From Candidatus Bathyarchaeota archaeon (GTDB taxonomy: Archaea > Thermoproteota > Bathyarchaeia > Bathyarchaeales > Bathycorpusculaceae): a DNA stretch of 64,000 nucleotides. Location: contig CAWEPZ010000011.1 of assembly GCA_963811105.1 (NCBI GenBank), positions 800,001-864,000 of the forward strand, read 5' to 3'. Positions within the stretch are counted from its first letter, which is position 1, and each line of letters begins with the position of its first letter. Both the position numbers and the translations under genes were made by a program. Of the stretch, positions 56,632 to 64,000 are shown in pieces. Under the pieces are notes generated by a model. It worked only from the letters and a program-made list of their open reading frames with translations. It was not told the origin of the DNA and ran no database searches.

Positions 56632-56652
56632 TTTCTTTTTTTATTTTTTTTT
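56632..56652 (+). terminator. U-rich terminator of paralog 9
   Basis: TTTCTTTTTTTATTTTTTTTT just after the stop. Confidence 0.6.
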
Positions 56653-56816
56653 ATAGCTTTCTTATCCGACAAGAAAACGAGTTGACAACGTTAGATAAGA
56701 CTTCACAACCTCAGAAAAGAGTTTACCGGCTTGTGTCAATTTTAAGGCTGTTAATCGTCAATTCTATTTCAGAGGTAATCCTGTTTGAGAATACCTTTCT
56801 TCTGAGCGTTGGGTCA

Positions 56817-58172
56817 TCAGATTTTTGCAGTGTTCACAATTTTATTTTTTTTATTTTTTTCATACACGAAGGCGCATGCTATAACTATTGCGATAATAAA
56901 TACTGACACGATACTGTAAACTTCAATTGAAAGGTCTTGTTCAGCTCCTAAGCAATATAAATAACCATCATCAGACCCTATGTATAGTCTTCCATTGGCA
57001 ATTGCAGGAGAGGACTTGATTAATCCTTCAGTTTTATACTTCCACGTATACGCTCCAGTTTTTTCGTCTATACAGTAAGTACATTCGTCTTCTGAACCCA
57101 CAAAGACTTTGCCCGCGGCAATAGCCGGAGAAGAAATTACTGCATCACCTGTTTTAGATTTCCATACAGTTGATCCATCTCCAGCATTCAAACAATAGAC
57201 AAATCCATCATTTGAACCCACAAAGATTTTACCTTCATCAATAGCAGGAGATGAAGACATCGGCAACTCGAATTCTCTAGCCCATATTATGGCACCTGTA
57301 TTTTCATTTAGACAATACATCCATCCAGGCACACTAGTTTCGCCTATGAATACCATGCCGTCAATAACGGTAGGAGTGGCGGAAATTATATTCAATCGAG
57401 GCGAGAAACTCCATAGAAGATCTCCAGCGTCAGCGCCAAAGCAGTAAAACTTGAACCCTGGAACCAAAGAACTTATGAAAACCTTGCCGTCAACGACTGT
57501 AGGAGAAGCCATCCGAGTTCCAGTTTTGTATTTCCACAATAAGTTCCCTGAAGTTGCATTTAAGGAATAAACATAAGTGTCAGAACATCCGATGTAGAGT
57601 TTACCGTCAACAACTGCTGGAGAAGAATCAAAAGCACCACCTGCTTGGTACTTCCAAAATAATGATCCATCACTACCATTAAAAGAATAGACGTATCCAT
57701 CATTTGATCCTACAAAGACTCGAGCATCAATAACAGTTGGAGATGAACCTTCTATCTGGTTTCCTGTTTCAAACTTCCATATCTGTGCTCCTGTAATTGC
57801 ATTTAAGGCATAGACGAAGTGGTCTCTAGAACCTACGTAAACAATACCATTAACTACGGCAGGAGAAGAATCTATTGCTCCTCCAGTTTTAAATCTCCAC
57901 AAAAGATTGTCGGCAGTTGGCGCTGGGCTTTGGGTGAAGCCAGTATGAGAGATATTATTATGGAACATAGGCCACGAATATTGATAATTATCGGCACTAG
58001 CTGACAGCGCATTGCTCGCTAGAATTGGACTAAACACGGAAAAAGCAACTACAAGAACTACAAAGAAAGCTGTAAATTTCCCCCCTCCTTCGAACAATAT
58101 TCTTTCCTTCTTTTCTTGTAGATTAGCTATTAGAGCAAAACGCAAACTAAGATAAGTCTTTCGGGATTTCAC
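56817..58172 (-). CDS. BamB/PQQ-repeat beta-propeller, secreted and C-terminally anchored
   Basis: QYSWPMFHNN..HTGFTQSPAPT..NLLWRFKT and SSPA repeats; close paralog of 48029-49339. True start is probably downstream (~58097). Confidence 0.92.
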   Translation of the reverse strand: MKSRKTYLSLRFALIANLQEKKERILFEGGGKFTAFFVVLVVAFSVFSPILASNALSASADNYQYSWPMFHNNISHTGFTQSPAPTADNLLWRFKTGGAIDSSPAVVNGIVYVGSRDHFVYALNAITGAQIWKFETGNQIEGSSPTVIDARVFVGSNDGYVYSFNGSDGSLFWKYQAGGAFDSSPAVVDGKLYIGCSDTYVYSLNATSGNLLWKYKTGTRMASPTVVDGKVFISSLVPGFKFYCFGADAGDLLWSFSPRLNIISATPTVIDGMVFIGETSVPGWMYCLNENTGAIIWAREFELPMSSSPAIDEGKIFVGSNDGFVYCLNAGDGSTVWKSKTGDAVISSPAIAAGKVFVGSEDECTYCIDEKTGAYTWKYKTEGLIKSSPAIANGRLYIGSDDGYLYCLGAEQDLSIEVYSIVSVFIIAIVIACAFVYEKNKKNKIVNTAKI

Positions 58173-58295
58173 GTTCCATCTATTGGCAACTTAAAAATAA
58201 AGCGCAAACAAACAACTGATTGTTTTAATGCTTTTTAAACCTCCATATAGGATATAGTTGTCTATTAAAGAGAGTTGAAGTTTTACCTGAAAAGA

Positions 58296-59033
58296 TCAAG
58301 AACTTTGTTTAGTCAATGAATTCGTTTTTTTCCTCCTCCAAAAAAATATGACAACCAAAATAGCTGTGATAACAGCCGCTCCTACTCCCGCTGATTCTAT
58401 GAAAAATATGTTAGTTGGCATATTATAGTCAACGATAAGGGTTGGGCCATTATTCAAGTTTCTAGAATTAAAGACAGCTGGTTCCTTAGCTGATTGAACG
58501 CTTTCCAGAATTAAGGATATCATCGACCTTCCTGTTAAGGCAGATGTAAGGTTGAATTCATAATTTACATCTGGATCGTTGACATTAACAACTTGAATTG
58601 GGATATTGGAGCCTGGAAATTGTGCGTTATTCCAAGTAATTCCTGTCTCTGTCCATGAAACATCTTCACTAACAAAAACTCCAACTTGATTGTGCGATCT
58701 GGTTCCCCAGACTGCTGTATGCATTCTCAGAACAATTGAACTTACAATTGCTTGAGGAGGAATTTGGGAAAGATCAAATTTTAACCAAGTGTTAGCCAGG
58801 GGACCTATTAAGTTGGTGCTATTGAGTCCAGCGCTTGCTTCCGCAACGCTCACATTATAATCATGCGAATACAAGAAGATGGAATTGCCAAAATTGGTGG
58901 CAGGAGAGGCGCTATCAACATAGGAGTTCGCAATAGCATCAATGGAGATTTCGTTAGTAGCTTTAACATTTGGCACCATAAAAGCTGCAAGAATCGTTAT
59001 CGCAATTACAAATGCTACAATCTTTTTAGGCAT
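58296..59033 (-). CDS. DNRLRE/CBM96-like domain surface protein with a C-terminal anchor
   Basis: NSYVDSASPATNFG, WLKFDLSQIP, WTETGITWNN, FNSRN...PTLIV; signal peptide from ATG 59033. Confidence 0.8.
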   Translation of the reverse strand: MPKKIVAFVIAITILAAFMVPNVKATNEISIDAIANSYVDSASPATNFGNSIFLYSHDYNVSVAEASAGLNSTNLIGPLANTWLKFDLSQIPPQAIVSSIVLRMHTAVWGTRSHNQVGVFVSEDVSWTETGITWNNAQFPGSNIPIQVVNVNDPDVNYEFNLTSALTGRSMISLILESVQSAKEPAVFNSRNLNNGPTLIVDYNMPTNIFFIESAGVGAAVITAILVVIFFWRRKKTNSLTKQSS

Positions 59034-59193
59034 TAATGGACCATTTCCTCTATTTGCGCCTTTAGCCAACCATCTCGCTGTTATCATTCAAATGTTCTTT
59101 ATTCTATGATGTAATTGTAAGATTTAAGAATGGAGGGTTGGGGAAATGTGGCCAATTGTCGTTAACAAAGACTTTCAATACCATACTCTGTTA

Positions 59194-60141
59194 TTATTGG
59201 GCAAAGACGTAGCTTGTTTCGTTGATGACTTCAGTTTGCCAGGTGCCTTTCCAAATAATTCCGTAAGGAATTCCAATGGAAGGGGCTGAGTAGTCTGCCA
59301 CAATGGTGTAAATGGCGTTTGGAACAACGGGATAGTTAATTGTAACGTTCCAGCCTTGGCTATAGTACATGTATGTTTCTGAACCTACAAGATTTGGAGG
59401 AGTTGTTCGTCCTCCAGTCCAAACTAGGTTTTTCGTGAACTGGGTTGTTTCGGGATGGTTGGATTGGATATAGTACATAACGCCGTCGCGGACTTGCTCT
59501 TGCGATGAAAGCTGAGAATTTACTATGGATACCTGTATTGGCGGTGTTTTCAGTCCGTATGAGGGACCTGTTTCTCCTATAATGTTGTATGTTCCTGGGG
59601 AGACTTGGGTTTCTTGTTGTGGTTGGTTGTTGCTGGTCTGTTGCCAGATGTAAGTTCCTGTAATGTTTTCTTGTGGTTTGAGAGGCATTATCATAATGAA
59701 CATGGCGAATGCGCGGCCTTTTGACCATTGGAATATGATGTTGTTTGAGTCATTATTGATTAGAAAGTCAAAGTCTTGACCAGAATGATTGAAGCTTACG
59801 GTCTGATTACTAATGTTGGTGATTGTAAGCGTGATGTTAATGGGTTCGCCAAGAACGTACTGGGTTTTTTCAATAGACATTGTTAGTTCTAGGCCATCAT
59901 CAGAAGCAAAATCGATGGGCGGTATTGTTGTTGATGTTTGAGTAACTGTTGGTGTTGAAGTGGATGTGGGAGTTGTTATGGGAGTTGGTGCAGGCGAAAT
60001 AGTATTTGTGCTGTTCTGCATTGTGTTGCTTGATGGCACTTTTTCTGGGTTGTTGGTTAGGCTCCAGCCCACGGCGCCGACGCTAATCACTACGATAACG
60101 ATTATAACGATTGCTAATAATTCTCTTGGAGTTGGCGTCAT
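59194..60141 (-). CDS. Membrane-anchored protein with a Thr/Pro linker and BsuPI-like Ig domain
   Basis: N-terminal TM; GEPINITLTITN...GQDFDF...QWSKGRAF...L.P.E....W.Q...PGTY. Confidence 0.7.
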   Translation of the reverse strand: MTPTPRELLAIVIIVIVVISVGAVGWSLTNNPEKVPSSNTMQNSTNTISPAPTPITTPTSTSTPTVTQTSTTIPPIDFASDDGLELTMSIEKTQYVLGEPINITLTITNISNQTVSFNHSGQDFDFLINNDSNNIIFQWSKGRAFAMFIMIMPLKPQENITGTYIWQQTSNNQPQQETQVSPGTYNIIGETGPSYGLKTPPIQVSIVNSQLSSQEQVRDGVMYYIQSNHPETTQFTKNLVWTGGRTTPPNLVGSETYMYYSQGWNVTINYPVVPNAIYTIVADYSAPSIGIPYGIIWKGTWQTEVINETSYVFAQ

Positions 60142-60292
60142 ACTGTCTTAACCTTAACTGCATTAATTATGTTGCATAAGCAAGTTCTTAATGCTATGCT
60201 GGGAAACGGAATGTTCCAACTGGTGGAACAGATAAGATCCTGAATTGCTAAAGTGCTTTAGCGCATTATTTCGGGATAAGAAGGCTGCTGGA

Positions 60293-60886
60293 CTATTTAT
60301 TGAGGGAAGGTAGTAGGTTTGCGCCCATGCCGATTGTCCAAATGAGGTTTGGGTAGACAATCATTCTTTCCATTCCCCCAACACCGATTCCTAAGTAATC
60401 TGGTCGTGTCGTAGCAAAAAGAAAGAGAGCAAAAAGTGTTGCAAATCCCAATATTACCGAAAAATATCTGAAAGGCCCCTTAGTGATTCTGTAAGAAGTA
60501 ACTGCAGCTATTCCACCAAAAATAAAGGAAACGATTGCGGCGATGGAGTGAATAAGAGGAACTCCATTAACCAAAAATGTGTTCTCTGGAAATATTCCAA
60601 CTCCAATCGGACCTAAACCCGCCAAGACAAATAAGCTTGTGATTACGCCCCTTTTGAATTCACGTTGAATAAAATATGCACTTATCAAAATCGTTAAGCC
60701 TAACAAGATTATTGATGGATTAAAGATTGTGGCTGAGGGCTTATTCCATACTCCCAAATCACTAATGTAGTTTCTAGATACGCTATAATTTGGGTAAACC
60801 GCTTCCGCGACAATCATTCCCAAGGTAAACTGCAAACCACCGACAAGAAGCAAAGCTCCAGCAATCGTTTTGTTGTCAGAATCCAT
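60293..60886 (-). CDS. DUF998 family membrane protein
   Basis: YPNYSVSRNYISDLG, GVGIFPE, H...A, GGMER. Confidence 0.85.
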   Translation of the reverse strand: MDSDNKTIAGALLLVGGLQFTLGMIVAEAVYPNYSVSRNYISDLGVWNKPSATIFNPSIILLGLTILISAYFIQREFKRGVITSLFVLAGLGPIGVGIFPENTFLVNGVPLIHSIAAIVSFIFGGIAAVTSYRITKGPFRYFSVILGFATLFALFLFATTRPDYLGIGVGGMERMIVYPNLIWTIGMGANLLPSLNK

Positions 60887-60985
60887 AATACAAATGCTAG
60901 TGAGATAGTATTTAACGATTTTTTATCAGGCGGGTCTACTTAAAATCGTTTTTTATGTGGGTCTTTACGGCAATAAGTTTTTATG

Positions 60986-62089
60986 TTATATCATGTTTCT
61001 ATTTTTGTGGTTTTGTCGTTTTTGACGAGTTTCTGCGCGACTTTTTTCATTGAGAATTTTGTTGTTTATCATTTCCCAAAGGTCAATTTCTGGAATGGGT
61101 CTGAAACCGGGACAAAATTGTTCCTTAGCAATCTCATAGATTGCTTGGTTAATTGGCATTGGAACACCTACATTGCTGGCTAGTTTAAGCATGTATCCAC
61201 TTAGTGATTCCAGTTCTGTGGCATGTTTTCCACTGAATACGTCTTGTGTCATGCTGGTGGGGCCGACCCTGTTTACGATGAAGTCGTGGAGAGGATTTGT
61301 GGGTGATTCTGGAATGTTTACTGCTGTTTGGATATCGTTCCAGGAGGGCATGCTGCCGAGTTTGTGCTCTTTAAAGCCTGCTGCTTGCAGTACTTGGATT
61401 CCTTCTCCTAGAAGTCTTGTTGTCATGTGCACAAGGATCTTTTCTGACTCGACTGATCGTTTTCGGAATCCTACTAGAGCCATTAATGCGTTTATGAGGT
61501 TAATTGCTAGTTTGCAGTGAACAGCATCTTGTAAACGGGTTGTGATTTGGCATTCTAATCCTGAAGATAAGACGGTTTTAACGCGTTTAAGTTCGAGTAT
61601 GAGATCGTTGTTTGGTGTTCCAATAATTAGGTATCCTGGTTTTACATATGCGGCTTTCCCGACACTGTCTCGCCACGCGTTGTAGCAAACGACGCCGTAC
61701 ATTGCTCTAGAAAAGTACTTGGGTATAATCTGCTGGTTTTCTACGCCATTCTGAAGGCTCGCAACGATTGGCTGGCAATTTCCAAGATGGTGCCGAAGCG
61801 TTTGTGCTGTATGGTCAAGATCATAGTTTTTCACGGTTATGATTATGATGTCTGCAGACGGAATCTCGTCTATTGATTCAATTACTTGTACTGGTATTGG
61901 AGCAGTTGTGGCTTCTTGACCTATTTTGTAAAGTTGTAACCCGTGTTTTTTAATCGCATCGACGCTTTCGCCTCTGGCTAGAAGATGCAAGTTTTTATTT
62001 TGAGGAAAAATCCAGCCTGCTACGCTTAAACCGATTGCCCCTGCTCCGACGATTAGAACTTTGGGTTTTTCTTTCAAGGGATCACACAT
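60986..62089 (-). CDS. panE: Ketopantoate reductase (ApbA/PanE) family protein
   Basis: GAGAIG, ITVKNYD, LQNGV, KLAIN..N, SMTQD....ATELE..SG. Confidence 0.8.
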   Translation of the reverse strand: MCDPLKEKPKVLIVGAGAIGLSVAGWIFPQNKNLHLLARGESVDAIKKHGLQLYKIGQEATTAPIPVQVIESIDEIPSADIIIITVKNYDLDHTAQTLRHHLGNCQPIVASLQNGVENQQIIPKYFSRAMYGVVCYNAWRDSVGKAAYVKPGYLIIGTPNNDLILELKRVKTVLSSGLECQITTRLQDAVHCKLAINLINALMALVGFRKRSVESEKILVHMTTRLLGEGIQVLQAAGFKEHKLGSMPSWNDIQTAVNIPESPTNPLHDFIVNRVGPTSMTQDVFSGKHATELESLSGYMLKLASNVGVPMPINQAIYEIAKEQFCPGFRPIPEIDLWEMINNKILNEKSRAETRQKRQNHKNRNMI

Positions 62090-62111
62090 GGATTTTTTTT
62101 CTTCGGCGTGC

Positions 62112-62540
62112 TTACCAACCTAGTATTAATTTGAATATGCCAAGTGCTATTCCCATAGATACTACGGCGCTCAGTGCTGTTCCCCCGATCAATGTCGGAT
62201 AAAACTTGCTTGACTGAATTCCTAGTAAACGGCCGATAATTGCTACCTGAATGGGCGAGAGCACAAACACCCCGGCTATTATGCCTATCAAAGCATATTT
62301 GTTAATGAGTTTTTGACCTCTTGCTGTTCTTTTTTCGAGCCAACGTCTCAAGCCTTTTTTCCATTCTAATAATCTATTGATCAAGAAGATGGTTGCAAAA
62401 ACAGTTAAAATATTTATCGTGAGTGTCGTTGCAAAAACCAACAGGGGGTCGAATCCAACGGCCACGCCATATAGCATGCCTCCTCCGCTTTCAAAGACGA
62501 CAGATATGAGAATATAGACGTAAATCTCGAACATCCACAC
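62112..62540 (-). CDS. Small multi-TM protein (COG2426 / small multidrug export-like)
   Basis: Four hydrophobic segments; ESGGG..YG...G..P and KYALIG patterns. Confidence 0.55.
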   Translation of the reverse strand: MWMFEIYVYILISVVFESGGGMLYGVAVGFDPLLVFATTLTINILTVFATIFLINRLLEWKKGLRRWLEKRTARGQKLINKYALIGIIAGVFVLSPIQVAIIGRLLGIQSSKFYPTLIGGTALSAVVSMGIALGIFKLILGW

Positions 62541-62896
62541 ATCACTTCATAGATATTTGTTTAGTCCAATAAGGCTTATTCCACAGCCGTCGCGTGTGGT
62601 TTGAATTGATAATAAGAAGTATATATTTCATATTAAATTAAAGGACAGAATAATTGGTTCTTCTCAAGTACGAATGACGGTTTTTCAACATATTTCAACG
62701 TAGTTTCACGATAGGCCTCCACTTTATCTCAGTTGAAAAAAGATTTGTTATGATCGCTTTTGACCTGAGGAGTAGTTTTCAATAAGAAATAGTTGTTTTT
62801 TGATAGTTGGAAAGGTAAAGTTTGATGGGGTGTCGCAAGGAATAAGCAACGTTAAATACTGAGCTAAAATAACGCTAACTTAAGTAGTTGACATTT

Positions 62897-64000
62897 ATGC
62901 CCGAATACTTATCCCCTGGAGTTTATATCAAAGAAATAGAAATAGGCGCAAAACCCATCGAAGGGGTAAGCACCAGTACCGCAGGATTTATAGGGGAAAC
63001 AGAAAGAGGACCCACACTGCCCAGATTAATTACAAGTTGGTTAGATTATCAGAAAATTTTTGGCACCTATTTTGGTGGCACTAAGTATTTGCCTTACGAA
63101 GTTGAGGGCTTCTTTAATAACGGTGGTAAGCGGTGCTACATCGCAAGAGTAGTCTCTTTTGGAGTAACAAAAGCTATTTTGACTCTCAATGTTAACAGTG
63201 TTGCAGCGCTAGTTATTGAGGCTATAGGAGAAGGTGGCTGGGGACAGAGGATCGCTGTTAGAACTAGAAGGAATGCTGACAGTAAAACTTTCAAGTTAAC
63301 CGTTTTCTATTGGAAGAACAATATTGTAGCTGCCTTTAATCCTGATGACAAAGCGAATAAGAGTCTATTGCAGCCAGCTATATCAGAAGTCTATAGCAAT
63401 GTTTCAGTAGAAAAAGCCTCGCCAAATTATTATGAAGCAGTAGTCAACAGCAACTCTAACCTAATTAGAATAAGTAACCCAACAAACGGTTGTCCTGCAA
63501 TTCCTGACGATGCTGCAAGCGACATACCTATGCTTCTAGGGAATGTAACTGGCATTGAGACATCACCAACCTTGAATGACTTTAAGGGAGATAGCACGCT
63601 ACCGTCTGGAAGTAGGCGAGGTCTGCTTAGCTTCGAGGATATAGACGATATTTCGATACTCTATGTTCCAAACGTGCAAAGTATCAGCGGTTTGTCTGAA
63701 GCAGTTATCGCCCAATGTGAGAAGCTGAGAAATCGTTTCGCAATTATGGAGGTGCCAATTGGAAACTCAACCACAAGCTTCATCATGAGCACAAGAGCCA
63801 CTATGGAAACAAAATATGCTGCGTTATATTGTCCATGGTTAAAAATAATAGATCCGGTGTCCGGCAGTGAAATTCTTGTTCCACCGGGAGGATTCATAGC
63901 AGGGATATATGCTAGAAGCGACGCTGAAGTTGGAGTTCATAAAGCTCCCGCAAACGAAGTTGTTATAGGGGCGCTCAACCTTGAATATGCCTTAAGCGAA
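62897..64000 (+). CDS. Contractile tail sheath protein (eCIS/Afp-PVC type), runs off the right edge
   Basis: Not in the ORF track because there is no stop in the window. 368 open codons: MPEYLSPGVYIKEIEIGAKPIEGVSTSTAGFIGETERGP...EGFFNNGGKRCYIARV...CEKLRNRFAI...YAALYCPWLKIIDP...VPPGGFIAGIYARSDAEVGVHKAPANEVV. Confidence 0.95.
   Translation, partial: MPEYLSPGVYIKEIEIGAKPIEGVSTSTAGFIGETERGPTLPRLITSWLDYQKIFGTYFGGTKYLPYEVEGFFNNGGKRCYIARVVSFGVTKAILTLNVNSVAALVIEAIGEGGWGQRIAVRTRRNADSKTFKLTVFYWKNNIVAAFNPDDKANKSLLQPAISEVYSNVSVEKASPNYYEAVVNSNSNLIRISNPTNGCPAIPDDAASDIPMLLGNVTGIETSPTLNDFKGDSTLPSGSRRGLLSFEDIDDISILYVPNVQSISGLSEAVIAQCEKLRNRFAIMEVPIGNSTTSFIMSTRATMETKYAALYCPWLKIIDPVSGSEILVPPGGFIAGIYARSDAEVGVHKAPANEVVIGALNLEYALSE

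Noticed and set aside
63661-63897. 78-aa minus-strand ORF at the right edge
   Set aside because: Antisense shadow of the tail sheath gene.
1-64000. tRNA, rRNA or att-site-bearing integrated element
   Set aside because: No cloverleaf, rRNA-like segment or integrase recognised by eye; a tRNAscan-SE or Infernal run would be needed to exclude them.

Overview
Archaeal chromosomal DNA. The gene content and protein style point to a TACK archaeon, most likely Bathyarchaeia (inferred, not searched). A core block (17.2-28.9 kb) holds argG-argH-carA-carB on the minus strand, divergent from an ACT-domain regulator and thrC-hom-aspartate kinase. The rest is accessory and dominated by one family of ~830-880 aa secreted, C-terminally anchored Ig/beta-propeller ('PQQ-like') surface proteins. 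There are nine copies: seven full-length, one cut by the left edge and one pseudogene fragment, and their segments look mosaic relative to each other. Between the copies lie decayed mobile-element or virus remnants: HTH and RHH pseudogenes, a minimal PolX, a tail-collar-like ORF and an IS1182 end. A cell-surface island at 44-60 kb adds BamB-type propellers, two GT39-like glycosyltransferases, and DNRLRE and BsuPI proteins. Unusual single genes include a release-factor paralog with GGS in place of GGQ, a DUF2400-like plus PD-(D/E)XK nuclease fusion, and an acidic Cys micropeptide. The ORF track misses the last 1.1 kb, which encodes the N-terminal 368 aa of a contractile tail sheath of the extracellular contractile injection system (eCIS) type, with no phage head genes upstream. 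No rRNA, tRNA or CRISPR array was recognised. All family calls come from motif recognition by eye, not database searches.
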